A stretch of 64,000 nt of DNA from assembly GCA_040830765.1 (NCBI GenBank), contig JBFOMH010000012.1, forward strand, positions 31,370 through 95,369. The letters are read 5' to 3'. Under the pieces are notes generated by a model, which saw nothing but the letters and a program-made list of their open reading frames with translations, had not been told where the DNA came from and did no database searches. The position numbers were made by a program, and so were the translations under genes. Positions 50,870 through 60,713 of this stretch are shown piece after piece. Each line of letters starts with the position of its first letter. Position 1 is the stretch's first letter. The stretch is from Puniceicoccaceae bacterium. Lineage in GTDB: Bacteria > Verrucomicrobiota > Verrucomicrobiia > Opitutales > Oceanipulchritudinaceae.

Positions 50870-51391
50870 CTACTCCGTATCAATCACCTGCTCTACTTCC
50901 TCCGGCTTCAGTGGCCGGAAGCTGAACTTGTAGCCGGCATAGATGGCCAGGCCATAGAAAAGGAGGTCCATCGGATGGAAGGCTTCCATCATGATTTCCG
51001 GGATGTAGGCGTAATCGATGGCGAAGAGGAGTTCGAAGAATCCGAGCCCTTCCTGGATGCTGACAAAGCCGACAATGGCAAAGAAGTTGCCCAGCACGCA
51101 ACCGAGGAGCGCAAAGGCCCCGCCGATGATGCCGTATTGCATGTTGATGCCCTTGCCGAGAATCCGGACCGCAAAGCCGACCAGGAAGCCAATCCCGATC
51201 GCCACCCAGCCAATCTGGTATTCGGTCGCAATCGTGATCCCGGCCCAGATTGCCGCCCCGACAATGGAGGCCACCAGGCCCGCCACCAGTGCCCCGACAA
51301 GGCTCTGTTTCATCTCCAGCTCCGCAATGAGCTGGCTGTATCTCTCAATGTTCACGGTCGGTTCGACAGGGGGTACGCTTTCATCGCTCAT
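50870..51391 (-). CDS. Conserved-looking membrane protein of unknown function
   Basis: Gly-rich TM helices; ends DLLFYGLAIYAGYKFS. Confidence 0.75.
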   Translation of the reverse strand: MSDESVPPVEPTVNIERYSQLIAELEMKQSLVGALVAGLVASIVGAAIWAGITIATEYQIGWVAIGIGFLVGFAVRILGKGINMQYGIIGGAFALLGCVLGNFFAIVGFVSIQEGLGFFELLFAIDYAYIPEIMMEAFHPMDLLFYGLAIYAGYKFSFRPLKPEEVEQVIDTE

Positions 51392-51494
51392 GAAAGGAGG
51401 AATATCAGCCTGGAACGCTAATGGCAACGCCTTACTTGCCTGCCTGCCGAGGTCTGCAGGCCCGGCTCCTTAAGTATAAACACTATCCCTCCGC

Positions 51495-52400
51495 TTACCG
51501 CGGGCCAATGGCGATGAAGCTGAATCCGCCAGCCCAAGCCCGGTTAAAAGACGTGGCCGGCCTCCCGTTGCCCTGCCACATGTAGATGACACAGCGATTG
51601 GGTTCCCAAACGCCTACGGAAATGGTGTAGGGCCGGTCGCCAAAATGCTCGGGTGAAAAGACCACCGCAGGGGTTGTCGGAAAGGCTTCCGTAAAGATGA
51701 CATCAAATCGGCCGTCACTGCTGTTGTTGCGAATTACCGAAAAGCCTTCTCCAACCCGGATGACGGGTTGCCCGTTGACGATATCAACGACTCCACGGAT
51801 GATCCGCATATTGCCGCTGGCCCCCACCGCGCTCAAGGCGGCCAGCGGACCCATGTTGACACTGCCGTCGACGTTAACGTCCCCGTCGACATTGACCACG
51901 GCATCATCCTCGACCTCGGGGGCACCATTGACATCGAGCGTGCCGCGGACCTCAACCGTCTTGGGCTCCTCGTGCTTGAAGAGGACGGTGCTGTTGAAGT
52001 CGTCTGCGCGGAAGGCATGCAAGCTTGTCAGGGATGGCAATAGTTCCTGACGCGGGAGCGGATCGTCGGTCCCAACTTTCAGCTCAAGATACTTATTGCC
52101 GGGGGAGATGCTGAACACATCGCCGAGGTTCCGCTGGGGATTGTTGTTGTCGCTTGGACCAAGGATGACGTTGAAGCGGCCGTCGAGCAGGTCCGCAATA
52201 ATGACCTGGTCACCCCACAACTTGTTCCCCCCCACGGAGGCGTCCCAGAGGGAGAAAGTAATGACGGCGGAGGCATCGGTCACCGGGTCGCCGGCAGCGT
52301 CGGTGAGACGGCCTTGGTAATTGACCTGGGCGGTCGCCATTGTCGCCAGCAGCAAGAGGCCGGCCAGGGCGCTAAAATGAGTTTTCGTATTCTTGGTCAT
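51495..52400 (-). CDS. Secreted tail-fibre-like protein
   Basis: Signal peptide; VNYQGRLTDAAG.P...FSLWD...GG..LW...DGRFNVILG N-domain; V.V.G beta-repeat shaft; C-terminal FDVIF..AF..TPAV...FSFIAIG fibre-tip-like domain. Confidence 0.65.
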   Translation of the reverse strand: MTKNTKTHFSALAGLLLLATMATAQVNYQGRLTDAAGDPVTDASAVITFSLWDASVGGNKLWGDQVIIADLLDGRFNVILGPSDNNNPQRNLGDVFSISPGNKYLELKVGTDDPLPRQELLPSLTSLHAFRADDFNSTVLFKHEEPKTVEVRGTLDVNGAPEVEDDAVVNVDGDVNVDGSVNMGPLAALSAVGASGNMRIIRGVVDIVNGQPVIRVGEGFSVIRNNSSDGRFDVIFTEAFPTTPAVVFSPEHFGDRPYTISVGVWEPNRCVIYMWQGNGRPATSFNRAWAGGFSFIAIGPR

Positions 52401-52421
52401 GACAATGATGGGTTGAATGAA

Positions 52422-55400
52422 TTATTCGACGGTTATCAGGGCGCGCTCGTAATACTGGTGGTCAATAATGATCTGGATATCGATCAGGTCATCGATAATG
52501 AACTGGTTGGGGTCGATGACCAGCCTCCAACGGGTAGCGGCAACGCTTAGTTCCTTGAAGGTTGTAATCTGGAAGCCGGTATCCGCATCGATGCGTTCGA
52601 CTACTTCTGGCACTTCGACCGACTGGGAACTGAAGGCAAAAATCTTGCGGACGCTCCGCCGGTCGAAGACATCAAAGACACCGTCGAAATCGGAATCCTG
52701 ATAGAAACGGAACGGAGCAACAACGAATTCACCGGGAAAGTCGACCTTCCGGGCCACCGGATTGATGCTGACGCCGGTGCTGCGGTCAGGCGCTGGTGGT
52801 ACGCGGGTCCTGAAAAATGTATTACCCGAATAACTCAACGTGCCACCGATGCCATTGTTTCCGGGAATAGTGGGAACCAGGCTCCCCCTGACCATCGCGC
52901 CATCCTCGAACATGAAGTGAACGGCTATCTGGACAACCTTGTCCCGGTAGATTCCAGAAGCGATATCATTCAGGTCTGTGTAATCCGGACCCTTGAAAAA
53001 CTGCCCGATCTCCAAGAGCGTACTGAAGTCGATGGCAATCCTGCCGTTCACGCCTCCTCCAGGACTGGCCGTGGTTTGCTTTTCCCGAAGGATATCACGG
53101 AAGCGCTGCTGCTTGGTGACCATTTTTCTTTTCTTCGGGTCATAGCGAAAGCCCTTGTCAGGGGGAAACGCGCCAAATTCACGATTCACATCGTCAGGAT
53201 TCGGGGTCAGGATGTTGTCCCGCATGGAGATAGTGACCCGGTCAACGGCACCCGAGGCGAACGTCCCGCGGTCCTGGTCGAAGGCCTGCATGTTTCGGTA
53301 AATGTCATCGAGTTCATTGGCATTCCGGGCCTTGAAAATAGTCTCCAGGTTGTAGATTTCACCTGAACCGGTATCCTCGAAGCTGAACCTTTCCTGATAT
53401 TTGTATTCGAGAGCCCTGACGGTGTAGAAAAGCCACCGCTGGGCCCGCCGGAAGGCCGCATCGGCTTCCAGGATGGCGTTTTCCGCCCGCAGGTAATGGA
53501 TTGGATCGGCGTGGTAGCTGTTGGCCAAGAGGGCGCGATCGTCATTGAGGTAATCCTCAAGCCGTTCAATCTCGCGCAGCAGGGCCGTTCGGTCGGCGAT
53601 GGCCTGCCCCAGGGCAGCGGTGTTGTCCCGCTTCTCCAGTAGCAGGGCATGCGCTTCCCTCCGGACAGCTCCCAGTTCAAGTTTCGATTGCTGGACCGTC
53701 AAGGGCAGCTCCGCAGTCGCCAGCTTCGTTTCGAAGGCGATGGCTGCATTATCAATTTGCTTCTCCCTGTTGGCAATGACCGCGCTGGCGAGTGCTTGTT
53801 CCCCGGCGTTGACAACTGCTGCGGTCGCCGTGATCCCACCAAATTCCGGAGATTGCGCGGTGGCGTAAATTCCCGATGTCAAAGCATCGGCTGCCGCAGC
53901 CGTGGCTGAAAAGAAGGCAATTTCATCCCATGCACTGGATGTCGTTCCAAGATAATCGGCCTCGGCAGATGTAATGGAATCGTCGATACCCTCGGCAATC
54001 GTCACGGCTTCAGCCGCGTCAAGGAGGTTTTGCTCCAGTTCCGCCTGCAGGAGCTTCAATGTTTCATTCTGGTCGATGAGCTTATTGATCAATCGCTCCG
54101 CATCGGCCAGTTCGCTGGGGTTGGTCGGATGCGGGTTAATGCCGTCCCAGCCGTTGACCCCTTCATTGTAGTCGTATCCCGTGACCTCGACGAACCGCAG
54201 GGCAAATTCATCCTCAAGTTTGTCCAACTCCAGGGCAGTCTGGGTCGCGGTCTGGCGGTAATTGGCGTAGGTCTGGATGGCGCCGCCGCCCGTCTCCGGA
54301 TTCTCCGGATCCCCGAGCTCTTCCAGCGCCACCGCCAGTGGTCCGATTGGATCGCCATTTTCATCCGTCTTCTTCAGGAGCTCCGAAAGAATATCGTAGG
54401 TGTCGAAGTTGTCCCCACTGGGGGGAGCAAGAATCAGGAAATCCGGATCCAGTCCGAGGATGTTGGCCGTGCCGTTGACAAATCCCCGCAACCGGCTGCT
54501 GACATTCAGTGCTGTATCGACAAGGGAGTAGGCTTGGCGAACTCCACTGGACTCCAGGGCCGGGTCCTCAAAATCGACGGTCGGGAAAATGCCCTTGATA
54601 AGGGTGAACGTATTGACATCCGGCCCCTGGACCTGGGTCAGAAGCTGGCGCGCTTCCGTCTCGTCGCCGGGATTGCGGCGCAGTGCCAGCAATCTGGCCA
54701 ATTCGGTCTTGGCCTGCATAAGCTGCCCGTGTACGGACACGAGGGTGCGGTAATCCTTGTAGCCGGCGAAGATTTGACCGTTAGCGGGATCCGGGTCCGC
54801 CACCAGCAGGACACCTTCATCCGTGGTATAGGTCAGGTCATCCTGAGTCTGGCTCCTTGCCGGGACCCGGGTGGCAAAGATGAAGTAGCCGAAGGGCGCT
54901 CCGGTGAATGCCGGGATGTAGTCACCCGGCTCGACGCCTTCCTCGCTAAAGGAGAGGAATTCCATATACCAGGCAACAGCTGTTCCAAAGACATCGATTA
55001 ACTCGCGGTAGAGCTCAATTTCATCATCGATGACAAAAGGATTGTTGCGGACGCTGAGGCCAAGCCGGACGGTGGCGAGTTCCGCTTTCTGCTTCCGGGC
55101 GAACTGGCTCTCTGCTACCGCGAGATCGTGATAGATATTCAGCAGGGCAATCTGCAGCTCCTGATTGAGCGGGGCACTGGCGAGGGCCTTCCGCAATATC
55201 TCAATCTGGGCACGGGCGGCGATTCGGTCGTCATCCGTAAACCAGGAGGCGGAATTCTCCGCATCTTCAAAAGTGTTTAGGGCAGCCCCTTCCGCATCGT
55301 TGTAGAGAAGCCACTTGTAGCGGAAGGCTCCCCCCTGGGCGGGGTCCTCCATCTGGGAACGCGTCAAGGTGACCCCTTCTGCCCGGTAGCCCGGGGGATA

Positions 55401-55721
55401 GAGGATGTCGTAGACGCCGCTCTGGTCCGGTTTGCGCAGGACAAAGTCCCCCGCCGGCCCGAAGGACTGCACGGTCGCCAGCGGGTGCCCCCACTTCGCC
55501 TCGGAGAGGTAAATGCCGTTGGAACCGGGACCCTTGTCTTCCGGCGCAATAACACCATCGATGAAGTAAACCCCACCCGCTTCTCCGGGTCCGGTCGAGT
55601 TCTGGTAGTCCGGCCGGATGAAGGTAGTTGGATCGATGGCCATGAGAATCCCACTACAAAACACACCGGCCAGAACAAGGGCCGCTGTCGATTGTCGTGT
55701 TCTCAGTCGCGCGAACTTCAT
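52422..55721 (-). CDS. Large secreted coiled-coil protein, TcA/alpha-pore-forming-toxin-like architecture (tentative)
   Basis: 1099-aa ORF with signal peptide; heptad-rich helices flanking an Ala/Gly hydrophobic hairpin; beta-rich C-terminus; ATGA overlap with the upstream gene. The ORF is secure, the function tentative. Confidence 0.6.
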   Translation of the reverse strand: MKFARLRTRQSTAALVLAGVFCSGILMAIDPTTFIRPDYQNSTGPGEAGGVYFIDGVIAPEDKGPGSNGIYLSEAKWGHPLATVQSFGPAGDFVLRKPDQSGVYDILYPPGYRAEGVTLTRSQMEDPAQGGAFRYKWLLYNDAEGAALNTFEDAENSASWFTDDDRIAARAQIEILRKALASAPLNQELQIALLNIYHDLAVAESQFARKQKAELATVRLGLSVRNNPFVIDDEIELYRELIDVFGTAVAWYMEFLSFSEEGVEPGDYIPAFTGAPFGYFIFATRVPARSQTQDDLTYTTDEGVLLVADPDPANGQIFAGYKDYRTLVSVHGQLMQAKTELARLLALRRNPGDETEARQLLTQVQGPDVNTFTLIKGIFPTVDFEDPALESSGVRQAYSLVDTALNVSSRLRGFVNGTANILGLDPDFLILAPPSGDNFDTYDILSELLKKTDENGDPIGPLAVALEELGDPENPETGGGAIQTYANYRQTATQTALELDKLEDEFALRFVEVTGYDYNEGVNGWDGINPHPTNPSELADAERLINKLIDQNETLKLLQAELEQNLLDAAEAVTIAEGIDDSITSAEADYLGTTSSAWDEIAFFSATAAAADALTSGIYATAQSPEFGGITATAAVVNAGEQALASAVIANREKQIDNAAIAFETKLATAELPLTVQQSKLELGAVRREAHALLLEKRDNTAALGQAIADRTALLREIERLEDYLNDDRALLANSYHADPIHYLRAENAILEADAAFRRAQRWLFYTVRALEYKYQERFSFEDTGSGEIYNLETIFKARNANELDDIYRNMQAFDQDRGTFASGAVDRVTISMRDNILTPNPDDVNREFGAFPPDKGFRYDPKKRKMVTKQQRFRDILREKQTTASPGGGVNGRIAIDFSTLLEIGQFFKGPDYTDLNDIASGIYRDKVVQIAVHFMFEDGAMVRGSLVPTIPGNNGIGGTLSYSGNTFFRTRVPPAPDRSTGVSINPVARKVDFPGEFVVAPFRFYQDSDFDGVFDVFDRRSVRKIFAFSSQSVEVPEVVERIDADTGFQITTFKELSVAATRWRLVIDPNQFIIDDLIDIQIIIDHQYYERALITVE

Positions 55722-57058
55722 TGGGCAGAAAGAAATGGGCTTTCCTCGAACGGCATCACCGGAACATCCCGGATAAGAACGAGGGTACCCGACTGGGTAC
55801 GGTTGAGGTAGGTCTTGGATGGATCATCGAGGAAAACCTCCTCGGTGAAGGTGCCTAAAATCCTGGCCCCCGGACCAATTGCCTGGTCGGACTCGGAGTC
55901 ATCCGCTTCCAGGGTCAGGATCCGGCGCATGGCTCCATTGATCAAGCTGAAGCCATTGAAATCCGATGTTTCCACTGGCATGGCTGGCGACACCGCCCGG
56001 AATTGCTCTGCCGTATCGATGACATCCGTTGCTTGCCAAAACCCCTCTGGCGTATCCGGGACAAGTCCGTTGCTGAGCGAACTTTGGCCACCGTCCAACT
56101 CCGGCATTCCATCTTCACTCCCAACGACAAATGCGATCTCGCTTCCCTGTCCGGATTGCCTGAGAATGCGTAAACGGAACAACCGCTCGGAAGTCGCATC
56201 CTTGGCCACTCCTGTCCAATAGGCATCGTTATCAAAGAGCAGAACCGTGTGGGAGGCCCGGCCGGCCCGGCGGTAAAACGAGCCCGGTGGCGGCTCCGCA
56301 CTGAGGTCGATGAGCAGCCGCCGCACGTCCTTGATGACAAGATCATCGACAATGGAGATGTCGATCGTCGCCTCGGTTCCGTTGACGAGAATTGTCCCGC
56401 TGAGGGCTGTATAATCCTCCCCAGCGATGGCGGTGCTGCTGGCACTGACACTATAGGCCACGTTGCCCGTAAAGAATTCATCGAATTCCAGGGTGACCGT
56501 ATGGGTGGTGGCATCCCCTTCCGTAAAAGAGGAGAGCGACTCCTTGAACTGGACCGCCGGCAGGTCGGCCAGCGTGGGGAAGACTTCCGCATTCAAGGGA
56601 TCGGTCCCGAGGGAGATCTCCAGCCCATCATTGAATCCGTCCCAGTCGGTGTCGAAGCGGGCCGGGTCGGTAGCGGGTGTCTCCGGGTCCTCCTCGTAGG
56701 CGGTAGGGAGTCCGTCGTTATCCGGATCCAGGCCGGTGCCGAGTACCAGACCGACGACCTGGAAGAACTGTCCGTCGACCTTCTCCAGTGGAATCCGTGC
56801 CTGGAACTGGTTACTGCCCAGCTCGGAAAAGGTAGCCCCGAAGTCCTCATACCAGCTCTGCAGCGCTTCTGAATAGAGGACTTCCAGACCGGCGATTTCC
56901 GTTCCCATCGGCTTGAGATCAACAAGGACCATCCCCTGCTCCACCCGGACATCGATTACCTCGACATCCGCAGTTAGGGTCCCAGAAGCAAAAACCAGAC
57001 AGGCAATCACGAATAGACGCAGATGACGGAACCGGAGACTGTCTTTCAATCTTCGCAT
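55718..57058 (-). CDS. Secreted protein with TSP3-like Ca-binding repeats and Calx-beta domain
   Basis: DPDNDGL, DTDWDGFNDGLEISLGTDPL; TAIAGEDY..LSGT....GTEATIDISIVDD. Confidence 0.78.
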   Translation of the reverse strand: MRRLKDSLRFRHLRLFVIACLVFASGTLTADVEVIDVRVEQGMVLVDLKPMGTEIAGLEVLYSEALQSWYEDFGATFSELGSNQFQARIPLEKVDGQFFQVVGLVLGTGLDPDNDGLPTAYEEDPETPATDPARFDTDWDGFNDGLEISLGTDPLNAEVFPTLADLPAVQFKESLSSFTEGDATTHTVTLEFDEFFTGNVAYSVSASSTAIAGEDYTALSGTILVNGTEATIDISIVDDLVIKDVRRLLIDLSAEPPPGSFYRRAGRASHTVLLFDNDAYWTGVAKDATSERLFRLRILRQSGQGSEIAFVVGSEDGMPELDGGQSSLSNGLVPDTPEGFWQATDVIDTAEQFRAVSPAMPVETSDFNGFSLINGAMRRILTLEADDSESDQAIGPGARILGTFTEEVFLDDPSKTYLNRTQSGTLVLIRDVPVMPFEESPFLSAQ

Positions 57059-57210
57059 GCAGAGAGGACTGCTAGGAAATTAGGCGGCTGCCTGATAAAA
57101 TCAATGAAATTCCCTAATAGCGCTCATCAGGCCCGCTAAAACGCAAAGTGTACCATAAGACTGCTCCCGCCTTGGCATCCAACAGGCCAAATGGGTAGGA
57201 ATGGTCTACC

Positions 57211-59349
57211 ATGCCAACCCATGCCTGTTTCATTAACCATGCATCCAGTCTAACTCGGTGGACCCTTCTCGTGCTCGGTACACTGGCCTTGCAACTGGTC
57301 TCAAGTGCCGAAGACCCACCCGCCTTCAGCTTCTCCACCGAGGTCAAGCGGCCGGACATGACCAGGGAGGCCAAGGACACCGCCCCGAAGTACAACCCGA
57401 CGGCCCACATCCGCAAAACGACGAAGGAGGAAGCAGGCAACTACACGAAAAGGGACCTCCTGCAGAAGCGTTATTCTGGTGAGGCAATTCTCGGGGCGAT
57501 TATCGATCCGACTACCTTCCGTCCCTACCCGCCGGCCGGTGATGCCGCCTACCAGGCCCTGCCGGAAGAGGAACGGGCCGCCATCATCGAGGCGGCGGAG
57601 GCATTCCTCGATCACGACTGGCCGACCCTGCGGGCCACCGACTACCTGCACTTCTATGAGACCGGTTCACAGGTTGGTTTCCAGAAGATATACATGGACC
57701 GCCTGAAGACGCTCGAGACGCTCCTTTATGCCGAAATCCTGGAAGGTGAAGGCCGCTTTGTCCGGGACATTGCCAATGGGGTCTGGGCGCTCTGTGAGCA
57801 GACGTCTCTGGCCCAGCCGGCCCACTTGAACGTCGAGCTGCCCGGTGCGGGTATGCCTTCCCTCGACCACCCCATCCTTGCCCTCCTGGCCTGCGAGGCG
57901 GCTGTCCTCATGGCCACTGCGGATTACTTCTTCAGGGAAGAACTGGATGCCCTCCACCCAGAGTTCCGCAAGCGGATGCGCTACGAGGTCAACCGCCAGA
58001 TCCTGACCCCCTACCTCGAGCGGACCGACTACTGGTGGATGGCCTATGAGAAGCCCTTTACCAACAACTGGAATCCCTGGATCACTTCCAACTACCTGCT
58101 CTGCGCCATCGTCTTCAGCGAGTCCCGGGAGGAACTGGTTCCCCACGTCGTCAAGGCCGTCGATGTCCTCGACCGCTTTCTCAACGTCTATCCGGAGGAC
58201 GGGGGCTGCGAGGAAGGCCCCGCCTACTGGAACCATGCCGGTGGCCGTCTCCTTGATTGCCTTGAGTTGCTGGGTGCGGCGACAGGCGGCCTGATTGATC
58301 TCTACGACGAGCCGCTGGTCCGCGAGATGGGCGAATTCATGTGGTACAGCAGCATCCATCCGCCCTGGTATGTGAACTTCGCTGATGCCTTTGCCCGCTA
58401 CACCCCGGAGGCAACCACCCTTTTCCGCTACGGCAAGGCGGTCGGGAGTGAGAACCTGATGGCCTTCGCCACCACCATGCCGGTCAAGCCCTACCTCTCC
58501 AGTTGGCGGCTCGAGAGCGTCTATTTCCGCCAGTTGCCGGCCATCGCCATTCGGAAGGAATTGCTGGATTACGATCGCCCATTCGAGCCCTCCACCTTCG
58601 TTGCCCTGCCCGACCTCGAGACCGCCTATGTCCGCCAGAGCACGGATACCGGCAGCGGTTTCTACCTTGCCGCCAAGGGAGGCTATAACGCCGAGAGCCA
58701 CAATCATAACGATATCGGCAACTTCATCATCTTCCTCGATGGCGAGCCGCTGCTCATCGACACCGGCGTCGGCACCTATACCTCCAAGACCTTCAGCGAA
58801 CAGCGTTACGAAATCTGGTCCATGCAGAGCAGCTACCACAACCTCCCCGACATCAATGGCCAGCCGCAGCCACACATGATCCAGTGGCGTAGTGACTTTT
58901 TTGAGACACGGCATTCAGAGGATGGGGCGACGATCAAGATCGGCATCACCTCCGCCTATCCGGAGGCGGCCAACCTGGCCGACTATACCCGCACCCTGCG
59001 GTTTGACCGCTCCAGTGAACGGATCTCCATACTCGATTCCTTCGCCTTTCGCGATGGCAACGAATCCGCTGGCAGGAATTCCATCACCTTCCACTTCATG
59101 ACCCACCATGTCCCCTCCCCCGGCAGTGAACCGGGACAGGTCCTCCTGACCCATCCGGAGACCGGCACCGACCGGGCCATCCTCAGTTGCCCAACGGACC
59201 TCGGGATTTCGATTAACAAGATCGTCCTTAAGGATCCCCGCATGGCCGAAAGCCGGGGCGACACCCTCTACCGGATCGTCGTCCAGGCGGAAGTGCCCGG
59301 GGAATCCCTCACCACCGGCTTCCAGTTCAGCATTGGCCGTGCAGAATAG
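57211..59349 (+). CDS. Heparinase II/III-domain protein (putative polysaccharide lyase)
   Basis: NNWNPWI, DGGCEEGPAYW, KGGYNAESHNHNDIGNF, DTGVGTY, W.MQSSYHN.P. Confidence 0.85.
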   Translation: MPTHACFINHASSLTRWTLLVLGTLALQLVSSAEDPPAFSFSTEVKRPDMTREAKDTAPKYNPTAHIRKTTKEEAGNYTKRDLLQKRYSGEAILGAIIDPTTFRPYPPAGDAAYQALPEEERAAIIEAAEAFLDHDWPTLRATDYLHFYETGSQVGFQKIYMDRLKTLETLLYAEILEGEGRFVRDIANGVWALCEQTSLAQPAHLNVELPGAGMPSLDHPILALLACEAAVLMATADYFFREELDALHPEFRKRMRYEVNRQILTPYLERTDYWWMAYEKPFTNNWNPWITSNYLLCAIVFSESREELVPHVVKAVDVLDRFLNVYPEDGGCEEGPAYWNHAGGRLLDCLELLGAATGGLIDLYDEPLVREMGEFMWYSSIHPPWYVNFADAFARYTPEATTLFRYGKAVGSENLMAFATTMPVKPYLSSWRLESVYFRQLPAIAIRKELLDYDRPFEPSTFVALPDLETAYVRQSTDTGSGFYLAAKGGYNAESHNHNDIGNFIIFLDGEPLLIDTGVGTYTSKTFSEQRYEIWSMQSSYHNLPDINGQPQPHMIQWRSDFFETRHSEDGATIKIGITSAYPEAANLADYTRTLRFDRSSERISILDSFAFRDGNESAGRNSITFHFMTHHVPSPGSEPGQVLLTHPETGTDRAILSCPTDLGISINKIVLKDPRMAESRGDTLYRIVVQAEVPGESLTTGFQFSIGRAE

Positions 59350-59514
59350 GGGTAATCGGGTAAAAATAGCGCCTTCATGAAAAATTTAGCGGTCGTAACC
59401 TGATTTTCGCAAACGCCGCATTGACGAATAGGGAATAATGCCTATTCGTACTTTTAAGGCTCCAACGTGGGCTGTTCCTAACAACAGAAAAATACAACTT
59501 CAGGGATAGTGATT

Positions 59515-60219
59515 ATGAATAAAAGGTTACTTATTGCTGCCGGCAGCCTGCTGGCGCTCGTCTCAACCGCCACGGCCCAAGTGCTGCAAACGGCCACCAC
59601 CTCCAACAACATTGAACCCGGTGGTCCGGGTGACAGAACAGAGTACTACGGGTCCGGTGCCGATGATGGCTTCGAGGAATATGGCATTGCCACCTTTACC
59701 ACTTTCACCGGAGCCCAATTCGGCGGATCCCTGACCGACATCACCAGCGCTACCTACAGCCTCACGGTCAACGACCGGAGCTTCAGCGATGGCACGCAGT
59801 TCCGCCTCGTCCTCTCCACCGACCAGTTCGGGGGCAATTATTCCGCACTCAGTTTTGATAGTGCCTTCAATGCTGAAAATGGACTCAATCCCGCCCACTA
59901 TACCAATCCGGTTCATGACCTTGGCGTCTACGACCTCGGTGCCGATATGGGTACCTTCCCCGGTGGGACTGTGCTCGACTTTTCCCTTAATCTCGATGCC
60001 TCGGCCGAGAGCGCCCTCATTGCAGCCATCAATGCCGGTAACGAGTTCAGCCTCAGCATCCATGCCGTCAATGTCTCCGACGACATTACCTTCTCCGGAG
60101 TTGGCAACACCTTCGACCCGGGTGATCCGGCCCTGACGATTGTCCCGGAGCCGTCCACCTACGCCATGCTCCTCGGCCTTGCCGGGCTCGCCCTGGTCAT
60201 GATCCGGCGCCGCCGCTAA
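59515..60219 (+). CDS. PEP-CTERM sorting domain protein
   Basis: Signal peptide; C-terminus VPEPSTYAMLLGLAGLALVMIRRRR. Confidence 0.93.
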   Translation: MNKRLLIAAGSLLALVSTATAQVLQTATTSNNIEPGGPGDRTEYYGSGADDGFEEYGIATFTTFTGAQFGGSLTDITSATYSLTVNDRSFSDGTQFRLVLSTDQFGGNYSALSFDSAFNAENGLNPAHYTNPVHDLGVYDLGADMGTFPGGTVLDFSLNLDASAESALIAAINAGNEFSLSIHAVNVSDDITFSGVGNTFDPGDPALTIVPEPSTYAMLLGLAGLALVMIRRRR

Positions 60220-60241
60220 GGCTACATCCAGTTTTTCCACC

Positions 60242-60272
60242 AAACCCCATCGCCCCGGCGGTGGGGTTTTTT
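60242..60272 (+). terminator. Rho-independent terminator
   Basis: AAACCCCATCGCC-C-CGGCGGTGGGGTTT hairpin followed by T-run. Confidence 0.85.
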
Positions 60273-60276
60273 GTTA

Positions 60277-60404
60277 TAACCACGGAATACGCGAAACACA
60301 CGAAACCCAATCCCCCTTCCGTGCTATTCCGTGTCTTCCGTGGTTGAAATCCCCATTCGCGGCATCCTAGTTAAATTCAGGCACCCGCTGGCCTTGCCCG
60401 GCGC
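60277..60404. repeat. Array repeat copy 1 (~125 bp)
   Basis: AACCACGG...CCGTGGTT hairpin + GAAATCCCCATTCGCGGCATCCTAGTTAAATTCAGGCACCCGCTGGCCTTGCCCG. Confidence 0.92.
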
Positions 60405-60473
60405 AACAACGTCCTCAGCATAAGGGGCATGTCCTTTCTTGACGCCCCCCGCTCCGTATATACATTGTATCGT

Positions 60474-60713
60474 ATGAAGACACGAGTGGCGAAGTGGGGC
60501 AACAGCCTGGCGTTGCGGCTGCCGAAGGCGCTGGCGGAGACGCACGGCCTGGAGGCGGGGAGCGAAGTGGAGTTGACCGAAGAAGGAGACGTTATCCTGT
60601 TGCGCCGGACCGGAAAGCGATACGAGCTGGCGGAGTTATTGAAGGGCGTGAGGCCGGGCAACCGGCACAGCGAAGTGGAGACAGGTGAACCCGTTGGGAA
60701 GGAAGCCTGGTGA
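60474..60713 (+). CDS. mazE: AbrB/MazE-family antitoxin
   Basis: MKTRVAKWGNSLALRLPK, YELAELL, GEPVGKEAW; GTGA overlap with toxin. Confidence 0.92.
   Translation: MKTRVAKWGNSLALRLPKALAETHGLEAGSEVELTEEGDVILLRRTGKRYELAELLKGVRPGNRHSEVETGEPVGKEAW

Noticed and set aside
51495..57058. Prophage or contractile injection system remnant
   Set aside because: No sheath, tube, baseplate, capsid or integrase genes; all three proteins have signal peptides
60348..60376. True XerCD dif site
   Set aside because: Only the outer GTTAAAT matches; the conserved inner TTAT of the XerD arm is CCTA and the spacer would be 7 bp. Kept only as a hypothesis
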